Assembly: GCA_965261545.1 (NCBI GenBank)
Contig: CBDHDF010000011.1
Span: 608,001-672,000, forward strand
Length of the DNA stretch: 64,000 bases
Source of the DNA: Bdellovibrionales bacterium
GTDB lineage: Bacteria > Bdellovibrionota > Bdellovibrionia > Bdellovibrionales > UBA1609
Direction: 5' to 3'
The notes under the pieces were generated by a model, which saw nothing but the letters and a program-made list of their open reading frames with translations, did no database searches and was not told the DNA's origin. The position numbers and the translations under genes are program-made. The stretch's first letter is position 1. Each line of letters begins with the position of its first letter. This document shows positions 28,280 through 38,312 of the stretch, piece after piece.

Positions 28280-30475
28280 CTACCAGCGAAATCTAGATCC
28301 GATTCCGATTTTATCATCTAAGTTATCTTGCTTCTGATATCTGAGGCCGAGTGACAAATTTCTGTTGATGCTATAGTTGAGGCTTACCTCAGATTCTACT
28401 TCAGTTTCTCTAAAACGGTCCTCGAATCTAACATCCACATTGGCCTCTATATAAAAACGTTTTGTAATTTGAATAGCCTTCTCAATATTAAAGGTAAGAG
28501 TTCCTTCAGTGTTTACATAGCCAATAAGTTCGAAATTTAACGGCATCATATAAAAGGCACCTACCATCGGGCGAAATTTCTGCTCATCTAGCTCAACTCC
28601 CCCAAAGACATTAAAGTATCTAGAAAAATAACGCTTAACGTAGACCTCATTTTCACTTTTCTCATGGTCATATTCTGTGATCTCACCTTCAACTTGAACC
28701 TCATATCTTCCTCCGTTAAAACGGATATCCCAAGTCGCGCCGTTTGAATAAGCCCCCACCTCAGCTCCTGGGTAAAATTTTGAGTCCGTTGCAATAAGAT
28801 TATCCAAACCCTCTTTGATTTTTTTAGGCTCATCCGCTGGACGATCAAACCCTACATACCTAACCACCCGTCCCATGCCTGCTTTGAGATGATAAAGGTT
28901 ATGGCAGTGAAAGAACCATTGCCCTGGCTCGTCAGCAAGAAACTCAATCGTTACAGAACTCATAGGGGCTACGTCAACTGTATGCTTAAGCGGAGAGAAA
29001 TCACCCTGCCCATTAAGAAGCCTGAAGAAGTGGCCATGTAAATGCATCGGATGATGCATCATTGTTTTATTTTCTAGGACAAAACGAATGACCTTACCTT
29101 CTTCAATATCAATATATGTGTCTTCGGAAAGATACTTGCCATTTAAAAACCAGGCATACCTTTCCATATCGCCACCTAAAACTATTTTTAGTTCTGTTTC
29201 AGGAGTTCTCGCCGCAAAGTTGGTAGGGGTTTTAGATTTAAGCTGAGAGTATTTCAACCGCATTGGCATTGGTTTTTCACCATCTATGTCAGACACTGAG
29301 TCATTCATATTCATACGGTGGCGACCATGGCCCATCGAGGCTTCGCTGCCATTGTCGCTTCCACTGTGGTTCATGTCGCCTCCACCGTGGCTCATTCCAC
29401 CCATACCCATCTTATAGATATTGGGTTTAGGCTTATTTGGTGCATGCTCAATATCACCATGACCTAAGTAGGCTGAGGCATAACCTTGAACACCTTGTGA
29501 GGTCGCTCTAAATTCATAGGATTTATTTTCTGGAACTGTAAACATAATGTCGTAGGTTTCCCCCATTCCCATAAGGAGTTCTTTCGCCATAACTGGCTGG
29601 ACATCGATTCCATCTGCTGCAACGACCATAAAGTTCTGTTTGCCCAAATTCACATAAAAGTAACTCGATGCTCCAGCGTTAATGATTCGAATCCGAACCT
29701 TATCCCCTTGTTTTAAGTTTTGAAGAGCATTGTTTTCAATATTCCCATTGATCAAGAACGCATCGTAACCAACATCTCCAAAATCCATCCCGCCCATTCG
29801 ATTCCACTGATTCTTTAGATAGGCACCCAAGGAGTCTTTGCTAGCAGCATCGGCGAATGACGGTATAGTATCTTTCTTCCACCCGTAGTAGTCCCCATCT
29901 CTTTTTAGCTTTGCTAAAACTGCTTGGGGATGTTCGTCAATCCAATCACTTAAGACCATTACAACTTCATGATCCACAGGTATCATATTTGTTTTGGGCT
30001 CAATGACTATCCCGCCGTAAACACCACGCTGCTCTTGAAGGTTCATATGGGAGTGATACCAGTATGTTCCGCTTTGTCGGAGTCGAAAATGATAGGTAAA
30101 TGTTTCTCCTGGCTTGATGGGGGGGGTATTCAAGTAAGGAACCCCATCCATATTCCATGGAACTAGAAGCCCATGCCAGTGAATAGAAGTGTCTTCATCT
30201 GTTGAATTCTTAACATGAATGACAGCCTCTTCGCCTTCCACGAATCGAAGAGTAGGAGCTGGAATGCCACCATTTACAGTGAGCGCAAAATCAATCGGCT
30301 TTCCAGTGATGTTCACAGTTTCTTTTCTAAGCTCCAGGTCGTATTCACGTTCACGCTCCTGAGCGAAAGAAAATTGTGAGAATAAAACTGTAATCAGAAA
30401 AAAAGAAATCGCTAAAAACCACGAATAGACATTTTTAATTTCGATATAATCTTTAATTTCGATATAATCCTTCAT
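28280..30475 (-). CDS. copA: Multicopper oxidase (CopA-like) with a C-terminal beta-barrel-like (CopB-like) extension
   Basis: HWHG, WYHSH, HPMHLHGH and HCHNLYH copper motifs; Met/His-rich linker; C-terminus ends ...GSRFRW. Start placed at ATG 30475 (or 30484). Confidence 0.88.
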   Translation of the reverse strand: MKDYIEIKDYIEIKNVYSWFLAISFFLITVLFSQFSFAQEREREYDLELRKETVNITGKPIDFALTVNGGIPAPTLRFVEGEEAVIHVKNSTDEDTSIHWHGLLVPWNMDGVPYLNTPPIKPGETFTYHFRLRQSGTYWYHSHMNLQEQRGVYGGIVIEPKTNMIPVDHEVVMVLSDWIDEHPQAVLAKLKRDGDYYGWKKDTIPSFADAASKDSLGAYLKNQWNRMGGMDFGDVGYDAFLINGNIENNALQNLKQGDKVRIRIINAGASSYFYVNLGKQNFMVVAADGIDVQPVMAKELLMGMGETYDIMFTVPENKSYEFRATSQGVQGYASAYLGHGDIEHAPNKPKPNIYKMGMGGMSHGGGDMNHSGSDNGSEASMGHGRHRMNMNDSVSDIDGEKPMPMRLKYSQLKSKTPTNFAARTPETELKIVLGGDMERYAWFLNGKYLSEDTYIDIEEGKVIRFVLENKTMMHHPMHLHGHFFRLLNGQGDFSPLKHTVDVAPMSSVTIEFLADEPGQWFFHCHNLYHLKAGMGRVVRYVGFDRPADEPKKIKEGLDNLIATDSKFYPGAEVGAYSNGATWDIRFNGGRYEVQVEGEITEYDHEKSENEVYVKRYFSRYFNVFGGVELDEQKFRPMVGAFYMMPLNFELIGYVNTEGTLTFNIEKAIQITKRFYIEANVDVRFEDRFRETEVESEVSLNYSINRNLSLGLRYQKQDNLDDKIGIGSRFRW

Positions 30476-30563
30476 GGGACCCATGTTACACTGAATTAGT
30501 AAGATTTGGAAGTATAAATTATGATTCCGATAAACTTTATTGTTGAAATTTTTATAAGCTGAC

Positions 30564-30595
30564 TGAGGTGGACCCCTGGTGTTGAGGTGGACCTC
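30564..30595 (+). mobile_element. Two adjacent IS3-type inverted-repeat stubs
   Basis: TGAGGTGGACCCC (30564-30576) is identical to the first 13 nt of the IS3 IRR at 26950; TGAGGTGGACCTC follows at 30583-30595. Confidence 0.65.
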
Positions 30596-30603
30596 CCCTC
30601 CCA

Positions 30604-30652
30604 TGTTAGCTGACAATTAAAATGCCCCACCGTCGCCAATGAAAAGTGGCTA
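30604..30652 (+). mobile_element. IS21-like terminal remnant
   Basis: TGT start followed by two repeated AAAA(N)TG(C/G)C boxes (AAAATGCCCCA, AAAAGTGGC), the usual IS21 end layout. Confidence 0.5.
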
Positions 30653-30890
30653 TTTTTTCTTTTTCTAAATCAGAAAAAAATTATAGCGCTAATGGGGGCC
30701 GTTATCAAAATTCTTTAAATGATATTGTGTGTTATTTGATTGCCGCTCAGAACTGTAGGGAAGAACTTTTTCATTTTTTACTGCGGAATGTAGGATAATT
30801 TATTTTGTTAAGCACTATACTATATACCAATAGATCTATATACTAATAGATTTGTTCATGTGGTATCCAAATTCTCTGGAGAATATAGCT

Positions 30891-31346
30891 ATGGGCATAA
30901 AGATCATTTCATCTAATAAGAGAGCTAGGTTTGACTACCACATTGTAGAGACCTATGAAGCTGGCATCTCCCTTCGAGGGAGTGAGGTGAAATCCCTTCG
31001 TGCAGGATCATGCTCTCTCAAGGATGCCTATGTTTCCTTCCGCAAGGATGAAGCCTTTCTTCAAAAGGCTCATATTAGTGTGTACAAGGAAAGTAGTTAT
31101 AACAATCACGAACCTGAGAGATTGAGAAAACTTTTGATGCACAGGCATGAGTTGAAACAAATCTATGGGGCCTTGCGAGAAAAGGGATTGAGTTGCGTTC
31201 CTCTTAAAATTTACTTTAAGAAAGGTATTGTCAAAGTACAACTTGGCCTTGGCAAGGGCAAAAAGACTATTGACAAAAGACAGGCCATTAAAAAGCGTGA
31301 GGAAAATCGAGCCATGCAGCAACAACTCCGCCATTCTAAAAGGTGA
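30891..31346 (+). CDS. smpB: SsrA-binding protein
   Basis: NKRARFDY, EAGISLRGSEVKSLR, RKLLMH and DKRQAIK. Confidence 0.96.
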   Translation: MGIKIISSNKRARFDYHIVETYEAGISLRGSEVKSLRAGSCSLKDAYVSFRKDEAFLQKAHISVYKESSYNNHEPERLRKLLMHRHELKQIYGALREKGLSCVPLKIYFKKGIVKVQLGLGKGKKTIDKRQAIKKREENRAMQQQLRHSKR

Positions 31347-31376
31347 GTTAGAAGTTATTTATATTCACTTATATCT

Positions 31377-32708
31377 TCATTTGGATCTTAGGCAATGACC
31401 TCGGTGCCAGACTTGGCGGATGGGGTGATGGCCCATGGAGTAAAATAATTCTCTCCAAGAGCCTTCCAGGAGTATAAAATCACAAAGCTTTCCTGGAGTG
31501 ATGGAGCCTCTTTCGTGTTGGAGGCCCAGGGCTTTGGCTGAGCCATAGGTGTAGGCCGAGAGGCACTCCGCAAGGGTCATTTTCATTTCCACCCTGGCCA
31601 AAACACCTATGAAAGAGAGATTTTGTGTGGGGCAACTTCCTGGATTAAAATCCGTGGCTAGGGCGACACATGCTCCAGCATTGATAAAGTCTCTTGCGGG
31701 TGGGTAGGGGCTATTTAAGTAAAGATCGGCTCCAGGGAGAAAGGTGCAAACAGTGTTGGAGGAGGCAAGATCTGCAATATCCTCGGCATTGGCGTAAACC
31801 AAGTGATCCGCAGAAAGAGCCCCAAATTCTACTGCCAGTTGGGCTCCCCCTGCTTGTTGGAGTTGCTCCACATGGGCTGTTATAGGGAGGCCAAGTTTTT
31901 TCGCCTTTTTGAAGTAATCCCTGGCCATATCTGTATCAAAGTAGCCATGTTCAATAAATATATCTGCACGGTGGGCTAGCTTTTTTTCCACCACTTTGGG
32001 AAGTGATTCTTTTAGAATAAAATTCATGTACTCCCTGGGGCAAGAAAATTCAGATGGACAAGCGTGGGGGCCAAGAAATGTTCTATAGACATCAACTTCG
32101 TATTTTTGTTGTGCTGCAATGAGTATGCGCATTTCGTTGAGTGTGTCGAGTCCATAGCCACTTTTAATTTCAACGCAAGTCACACCCTGGTCAACAAATC
32201 GCCTCACCCTTTCTTTGGCAGAATTGTAAAGCTCTTCATCGGTGGATTTACGGGTGTCTTTCACTGTGGAGAGAATACCTCCACCTTGCTGGGCGATCTC
32301 TTGGTAGCTTTTTCCTTGCTGGCGCATTTCTAGTTCATGGCTCCGATCGCCTTGAAATATCAAGTGGGTATGGCATTCGGTGAAGGCCGGCATCACGGTA
32401 TGCCCCCTGAGAGGCTCATAGCAAACCACTTCACTGTTGCGATCATTGTCGCTATCGCTGTTATTGTTGCTATTACTGCCATTGTCATTTTTATTTTTAT
32501 TGGCATTAGCATTGGCAGGGAAGAGTTCTTGGAGCAATTCATTGGTCACATCCTTTTCGGGGCCGACCCAGAGGATTTTTTCACCACGTGTGATAAAGGC
32601 ACCATCTTTGATGATGCCTAAATCCTCTTCACAGATACCACGACCATCTTTTTGGACAGATCCTTTAAGAGTGACAAGTTCCTTAATATGTGTGAAAATT
32701 CGATTCAT
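31377..32708 (-). CDS. hutI: Imidazolonepropionase, carrying an Asn/Asp-rich insertion
   Basis: ECHTHL, GGGILSTV, EIKSGYGL, SADHL and ATDFNPGS. Confidence 0.93.
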   Translation of the reverse strand: MNRIFTHIKELVTLKGSVQKDGRGICEEDLGIIKDGAFITRGEKILWVGPEKDVTNELLQELFPANANANKNKNDNGSNSNNNSDSDNDRNSEVVCYEPLRGHTVMPAFTECHTHLIFQGDRSHELEMRQQGKSYQEIAQQGGGILSTVKDTRKSTDEELYNSAKERVRRFVDQGVTCVEIKSGYGLDTLNEMRILIAAQQKYEVDVYRTFLGPHACPSEFSCPREYMNFILKESLPKVVEKKLAHRADIFIEHGYFDTDMARDYFKKAKKLGLPITAHVEQLQQAGGAQLAVEFGALSADHLVYANAEDIADLASSNTVCTFLPGADLYLNSPYPPARDFINAGACVALATDFNPGSCPTQNLSFIGVLARVEMKMTLAECLSAYTYGSAKALGLQHERGSITPGKLCDFILLEGSWRELFYSMGHHPIRQVWHRGHCLRSK

Positions 32709-32722
32709 GGGCTGCGATCATT

Positions 32723-34435
32723 TTATGGATGAAGTTTCTTTTCTAACTTTAATAATGGAATATAGTTCTTGTTGAGTTCAGAGCCTGCTTTATAGTATGG
32801 AAGAGCTTGGTCCATGTCCCCCTTGGAAAGGTGGTATCTTACAAGCCCTGCATGGCCTTCTAGGGAGTTTTTCTGCACATTCAGTAAGTGGGACCAAGAT
32901 TCTAGAGCGCAGTCCCATTTTTTCATTTTTTCACAGAGTCGTCCCCTCATTACAAGACCCATTGGATTTTGAGGTTCTATTTTGAGAGCCTTTATGACTT
33001 CCACAAGTGCTTTGTTATCATCACTCAACTCACTAAGCATAAAGGAGTAAAGACTCAGTCCGTTGGAGTTTTCTGGATTTTGTTCGACAGTTGCTTCAAT
33101 GGTCATCATAGCCTGCTTGCGATCACCTTCTTTAAAGTTGCAGTAGGCCTTCAATATTTGGCCACTGATTTTTGGGTTGAGAAATTGAACAAGTTCCTGA
33201 CACCACTTGCCCAAGAGAGGCCACTCCATCATTGAAGTGTGAATGAAAATATTTTTTCTTAAATCATAAGTCTGGTAGGGGCTTGCCTGAAACATTTGTG
33301 TTATCAAAAGGTTTGTTTGCTCCTCTTGACCTAGTAGGTATTGCACATAGGCTCGCAAGAAAAGGGACTCTTGGTAATAATCGGATTCATTGGGGATCAG
33401 TTTTTCCAATTCAAAATAAGACTGAATGAGGTGATTTTCATTTTTTGTTTCAAGCCAGAGCTGTATTCTTAGTTTTGCCATAAGCATCAAGGTGAGAGAG
33501 GGGTTTTCGTCTTGGTTCGTCAGTTTTGTAAGGAGGTTATAGGCTTGTGTGTATTCTGTCAGTCGAGACAAAGACCATGCTTTATTGATGCTTGCTGAAT
33601 AAATCTCAGAGGGAAGAACTTCATCAAAGGTCTTTATGGCTTGTTGATAATGACCGTTCATTACAGCTACCAGCCCTAGGGCTAAGTTCACCTTGACTTT
33701 GGCCTCAGGGGCTTCATGAATTGTCTTGGCTAAATCTTCTAAGATGCGTCGTGCTTGAACAGTTTCTCCAAAATGTGTTAAGAGAATTCCAAAGTAAAGG
33801 TGAAAGTCAGAAGTGGTGGGATTGAGTTGGTAGGCTTCTTTGTATTTCAGAAGGGCCTCTTTGAAGCTTCCATAGTGAACGAGGTTTTTTCCCTCAAGGA
33901 GTAGGGTTTCATATTTTTTTTGTTTTTCTTCAGCAAGAGATATGATTTTGAAGTAAAAGATAATACAAAGAGAGGATACAATAAGGAGAGCCGTTATCAT
34001 AAGAGGAATGCGTAAAGGATCTTTTTTTGGTGAATTTTCTTGATGGTAGACGTACTCGGTCTCGGCTTCATGTGTTCCAGCACGGGCTCCAGCTTCAAGG
34101 GCTCCAGCTCCACGGGAAGAACTGTGAGGGCTGATCTTCTGTGGGCAAGGTTCTTCTATAGTCGTATTTTCTAGGGGATCTCTTTTTTCAGCGATGTCTG
34201 TGACACTAATAATTTCTGTGTTTTCTCCCTCACTGACATCTTCGAGCGCCAATTTTTCCACTGTGTCGGTAAATTCTTTTTGGTCTCGAATGAGAGTCCA
34301 GAAATAGCTTTGGGGGAGCGCGATTTCATCAATGATAACAAATTCTCGTTGGTGTAGCCCATCGACAATCTGGTCATAGGTATAGGGACCTAAAATACGG
34401 CTACTACTTTTTACAAGCCATTGTTGTTGTGCCAA
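32723..34435 (-). CDS. Membrane-anchored TPR protein with an N-terminal GYF-like domain
   Basis: WLVKSSSRILGPY, one TM segment and multiple TPR-like repeats. Confidence 0.7.
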   Translation of the reverse strand: MAQQQWLVKSSSRILGPYTYDQIVDGLHQREFVIIDEIALPQSYFWTLIRDQKEFTDTVEKLALEDVSEGENTEIISVTDIAEKRDPLENTTIEEPCPQKISPHSSSRGAGALEAGARAGTHEAETEYVYHQENSPKKDPLRIPLMITALLIVSSLCIIFYFKIISLAEEKQKKYETLLLEGKNLVHYGSFKEALLKYKEAYQLNPTTSDFHLYFGILLTHFGETVQARRILEDLAKTIHEAPEAKVKVNLALGLVAVMNGHYQQAIKTFDEVLPSEIYSASINKAWSLSRLTEYTQAYNLLTKLTNQDENPSLTLMLMAKLRIQLWLETKNENHLIQSYFELEKLIPNESDYYQESLFLRAYVQYLLGQEEQTNLLITQMFQASPYQTYDLRKNIFIHTSMMEWPLLGKWCQELVQFLNPKISGQILKAYCNFKEGDRKQAMMTIEATVEQNPENSNGLSLYSFMLSELSDDNKALVEVIKALKIEPQNPMGLVMRGRLCEKMKKWDCALESWSHLLNVQKNSLEGHAGLVRYHLSKGDMDQALPYYKAGSELNKNYIPLLKLEKKLHP

Positions 34436-34457
34436 TCAAGCCCCCGATGTTGGTTTG

Positions 34458-36155
34458 TTAATGTAAAAAATGACGAGTTTTTGTTAAAACCATATTGACT
34501 CCTAGTTCCTCGGCCTTTTTAAGAACTTCGGAATCCTTCATGGATCCACCTGGCTGAATAATCCATTTTATGCCTGCTTGGGCAGCAACTTCAATAGAGT
34601 CTGTAAAAGGGAAAAATGCATCACTGGCAAGAGCCACATCTTCAATGCTGTATTCTGGATGGAACTCTTTCATGCGACCAAGGGCTTGGGTGACAGCATG
34701 CACTCGGTTGACTTGGCCCATTCCTAAGCCAAGGGTCTGTTTCCAGCGAGAGATGGCAATGGCATTGCTTTTTAGCTTCATAACCACCTTCCAGGCAAGA
34801 ATCAAGGTTTCCATAGTTTGAGGCTTGGGTTTGTCCCCTAAAAATTCCCATGCATTTATACTCTCTAACTCATCTCCAGATTGGACTAAAAATCCACCGT
34901 AAATGCTTCTTAGACTGAGTTCCTGCGTTTTCTTTTTAGGAGGGACTCCTTGGAGAATTCGTAGATTTTTCTTTTTCTTAAAAACCTCAAGAGCTTCAGA
35001 AGTGTAATCAGGGGCGATAATACATTCGAGAAAGAGTGAGGTCAGGTTTTGAGCCTCCTCCATTCCCACCCTTTTGTTAAGGGCGACAACGCCACCAAAG
35101 ACACTGATGGGATCCGCTTTTAAGGAAGACTCCAGGGCTTCGAGAATGTGATGGCCAAGACCCACTCCGCAGGGGTTGTTATGTTTAATTGAAACACAAC
35201 AAGGTTCTCCCTCAAATTCCATAAGCATGGAAATGGCAGCGTCCATATCTAAGATATTATTGTAGGAAAGAGCCTTGCCTTGAAGGAGCTTCATATTGTG
35301 AAGGCCAGAGATTTGACAGCTATACCAAGCAGCTTTTTGTTGAGGATTTTCTCCATATCTCAACTGGCACACAAGTTCTCCTGTTCGTGAGAAATTTTCT
35401 AAAAATGGAGAAGGCGAGGAGGCCACTGGTGAGGGGCCCTTCTGTGCAAGATTGTAGTTTGGTTGCGAGAGATTGTGGTTTGTTGAGGTGTGTTTGTCTT
35501 GTGTGGTGTTTTCATTTTGTAGGATGTTTTCGCCTTGTAGGGTCTGGGCAATGCAAGCATCGTAAGAGGATGTATGGGCAAAAACTTTAGAAGCTAAATA
35601 TTTTCTGTCCTCCATGGTAAGCCTTCCATTTTCTTTGAGTCTTTTTGTCACCCAAAGATAATCCTTAGGGTCGCATATGGCACATATTCTTTCAAAACTT
35701 TTAGCTGCGGCACGCAAAAGGGAAGGACCGCCAATATCGATAAATTCGATAAGTTCTCTGTGAAGATGAGGTTGGTGCCTATGCTGATGAGAAAGGGGGG
35801 GGGGAGGGGGGTGAGAATAGGCTGCGAGAGTTTCTTGAAAGGGGTAGAGGTTTCCAATGACCAAATCAAAGGGTTTTAAGCCATATTGCTTCAACAGTTG
35901 AAGGTCTTCGGGCACATGGTCTCTGGCCAATAAACCCATATGTATATAGGGGTGGAGAGTTTTCACTCGACCCGACATAACTTCGGGAAATTGGGTTTGC
36001 TCTTGAATATCAATGACTTGAAAGCCACTTTCTCTTAAGTATGTGGCAGTTCCTCCCGTTGAAAGGAGTCTGACACTTTCATATTGGTTGAGATCTCTTA
36101 TGAAATCAGCAAGTCCCACTTTATCAGAGACGCTTACAAGCGCATTTTTAAACAT
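34458..36155 (-). CDS. purH: Bifunctional AICAR transformylase / IMP cyclohydrolase, carrying two low-complexity insertions
   Basis: ALVSVSDK, GRVKTLHP, IDIGGP, LRYGENP, KHNNPCG, SDAFFPF and IQPGGS. Start placed at ATG 36155. Confidence 0.96.
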   Translation of the reverse strand: MFKNALVSVSDKVGLADFIRDLNQYESVRLLSTGGTATYLRESGFQVIDIQEQTQFPEVMSGRVKTLHPYIHMGLLARDHVPEDLQLLKQYGLKPFDLVIGNLYPFQETLAAYSHPPPPPLSHQHRHQPHLHRELIEFIDIGGPSLLRAAAKSFERICAICDPKDYLWVTKRLKENGRLTMEDRKYLASKVFAHTSSYDACIAQTLQGENILQNENTTQDKHTSTNHNLSQPNYNLAQKGPSPVASSPSPFLENFSRTGELVCQLRYGENPQQKAAWYSCQISGLHNMKLLQGKALSYNNILDMDAAISMLMEFEGEPCCVSIKHNNPCGVGLGHHILEALESSLKADPISVFGGVVALNKRVGMEEAQNLTSLFLECIIAPDYTSEALEVFKKKKNLRILQGVPPKKKTQELSLRSIYGGFLVQSGDELESINAWEFLGDKPKPQTMETLILAWKVVMKLKSNAIAISRWKQTLGLGMGQVNRVHAVTQALGRMKEFHPEYSIEDVALASDAFFPFTDSIEVAAQAGIKWIIQPGGSMKDSEVLKKAEELGVNMVLTKTRHFLH

Positions 36156-36192
36156 ACATGTTTTCCTCTTACATATCTTTACATGTTTTTCC

Positions 36193-37554
36193 CTAAAAAG
36201 AAAATTGAGAACCAAGTAGCTTTAAGTCGTCATTGGTGAGAAAAATGCCAGCCCCTAAGAAAAAACTGCCTTCACGACCGTCACCACCAATATCCAAGAG
36301 GTGATCGGCCCCTCCAATGACATAGGCTCCCTTAAAGAAATTGTATCTCACAAATGATCTGACATAAAGATTATCAAAATCAAAGGCTTCCACAGAAAAA
36401 CGCCAATTTCGCCGTCCCAAATAGTAGTCCAATCCAAGCCCCCCCGAGCTTTCAAGAATTCCTCCCTTGACGGTGAAGTTGTGAAAATTCTTTGCAAAAA
36501 GAGCTGTCAACTTCACTCTATCTTTAAAAGTCTTCACAGTTTTAATTTCGGAAGTGGTTCCATCCAGGGGCGTTTGCTCTGTGATATGAGTGCGAGTGAG
36601 ACCTTTGGCATCGTCGACGAGGCCAATTTCATAGTAGCGATCAAGGCCGGGTGTCAATCGTGCTGAGACATAGGTTTTGGAAGAGTCCATATTCATAAGG
36701 TGCTCTGTGTGAAAGTCGATGCTTGTCTCTAAGCTTTTAATATCACTTAAAAAGCCATTGATTCCCTCGATGGCTTCATTCAGTCCCTCCACGGTCTCTT
36801 TATCGTTAATAAGGCGACCAATGGTTCCGTCCCCTGAGTTGATTTTATCTGTGATTTCTTCAACATTTTGAACGGAACGAAGTACGTTGGTGGAAAGCTT
36901 GTCGTTGACGAGGTTATCTAAATCAGCCATGAGAGATTGGGTGCGAAGTAAGATATTGTTGATTCTCTCTCGGTTTTTTCCAGATATTTCTGCCAAGTCA
37001 TTGGTGAAATCTTCAATGTTGGCAGCAATTCGTCCAATGAGATGGGTATCATCTTCATCTTTTATGGTGAATTCTTCCAGTCGAAGGATCACTCTTTCCA
37101 AGGGTATGACGACTTTATTGATATTTTTTATCATTTGCCCCAAGGAGGCTTGGTTAGGGGAGTTTGGGATAGATCTTCCAGACTCTAGGGGTTGGCTTGT
37201 TCCTGTGATGGGGCCAGGAAGAATTTCCACATGTTTATCTCCAAGAATGCCATCGGCGCGTATTTCAACAAGGCTTGCTGCTGTTAAGGGAACATCCTCG
37301 TAAAAACTTAAAAAAACTCTCGCCTTTCCTTTGACGAGTTGGATGTCTTTAATAAATCCCACCTTGATGCCCGCCATTTTAACGGCACTGTTTTTTATAA
37401 GCCCACTGGCATTTTCAACATCAAAGTGATGTTCTCGGAGGCTTGGATATATGGTGGGGTTATCTGCGACCTTGAGGGATAGTCCACCTATGAGAGAAGA
37501 CACTAGGATCACCAACATGCCAACTTTAAATTCCGGAGAGTTGAGACCTATCAT
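36193..37554 (-). CDS. mlaD: MCE/MlaD-family protein
   Basis: EFKVG TM segment, GLIKNSAVKMAGIKVG, GILGDKHVEI and GTIGRLIND. Confidence 0.88.
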   Translation of the reverse strand: MIGLNSPEFKVGMLVILVSSLIGGLSLKVADNPTIYPSLREHHFDVENASGLIKNSAVKMAGIKVGFIKDIQLVKGKARVFLSFYEDVPLTAASLVEIRADGILGDKHVEILPGPITGTSQPLESGRSIPNSPNQASLGQMIKNINKVVIPLERVILRLEEFTIKDEDDTHLIGRIAANIEDFTNDLAEISGKNRERINNILLRTQSLMADLDNLVNDKLSTNVLRSVQNVEEITDKINSGDGTIGRLINDKETVEGLNEAIEGINGFLSDIKSLETSIDFHTEHLMNMDSSKTYVSARLTPGLDRYYEIGLVDDAKGLTRTHITEQTPLDGTTSEIKTVKTFKDRVKLTALFAKNFHNFTVKGGILESSGGLGLDYYLGRRNWRFSVEAFDFDNLYVRSFVRYNFFKGAYVIGGADHLLDIGGDGREGSFFLGAGIFLTNDDLKLLGSQFSF

Positions 37555-38309
37555 TTTTGCTTTATTCCCTTTTCAACAAATTTTTGCACGAGTTTATCCT
37601 TTGAGTTGAAAAAAGTATCTGGAGTTCCCGTGAGTAGGACTTTTCCCTTATTCAACATGACAATATGATGACTAATGCGAAAGGCAGAGATAAGATCATG
37701 GCTCACAACAATCGCTGTTGAGCCTCGATGTTTTTGATGGGTCTCTAATATAAGGTCATCCACCATTTCTGTAAGAATGGGATCCAAGCCTGTAGTGGGT
37801 TCATCATAAATGAGGATTTCAGGGTCCAAGGCCAAGGCTCTTGCAAGGCCCACTCTCTTTCTCATTCCTCCACTGAGTGTTGAGGGGAGTTTGGCAAAGT
37901 GCTTCTCATCCAGACCCGACATGGTCAGCTTTTTGTGGGCCAAATCCAACCTTTCGGTGGGAGTCATATGCCTCCGGTGTTCTTCCAGAGGAAAACAAAC
38001 ATTTTCCATAACTGTCATATCGTCAAATAAGGCCGCATGTTGAAATAAAACACCAATGCGACAGCGCATATCGATTAGTTCGCCCTGGCTCATGGTCCAG
38101 ATGTTTCGATCTAAGACATAAACATTTCCCGATGTGGGTCGTAGGAGTCCAAGAATATGCTTGAGCATCACACTCTTTCCTGTCCCACTGTAGCCGATAA
38201 TCACTGTGAGGCTTCCCTTGGGAATTTTCAAGTCAATGCCATTGAGAATAAAGTCATGTCCCCCATCAAAAGATTTTTTAACATTGTCTAAGTGGACAGC
38301 GAGTGGCAT
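37551..38309 (-). CDS. mlaF: MlaF-like ABC ATPase
   Basis: GYSGTGKS, LSGGMRKRVGLARAL and YDEPTTGLDP. Confidence 0.92.
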   Translation of the reverse strand: MPLAVHLDNVKKSFDGGHDFILNGIDLKIPKGSLTVIIGYSGTGKSVMLKHILGLLRPTSGNVYVLDRNIWTMSQGELIDMRCRIGVLFQHAALFDDMTVMENVCFPLEEHRRHMTPTERLDLAHKKLTMSGLDEKHFAKLPSTLSGGMRKRVGLARALALDPEILIYDEPTTGLDPILTEMVDDLILETHQKHRGSTAIVVSHDLISAFRISHHIVMLNKGKVLLTGTPDTFFNSKDKLVQKFVEKGIKQK

Positions 38310-38312
38310 GGG

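Noticed and set aside
30485..30616. Long N-terminal extension of copA in the ORF track
   Set aside because: It runs through IS-end stubs; the signal peptide begins only after ATG 30475/30484.
30690..30850. tmRNA (ssrA) next to smpB, suggested by GGGGGCC
   Set aside because: No GGATTCGAC-like 5' motif, T-arm or CCA end is visible.
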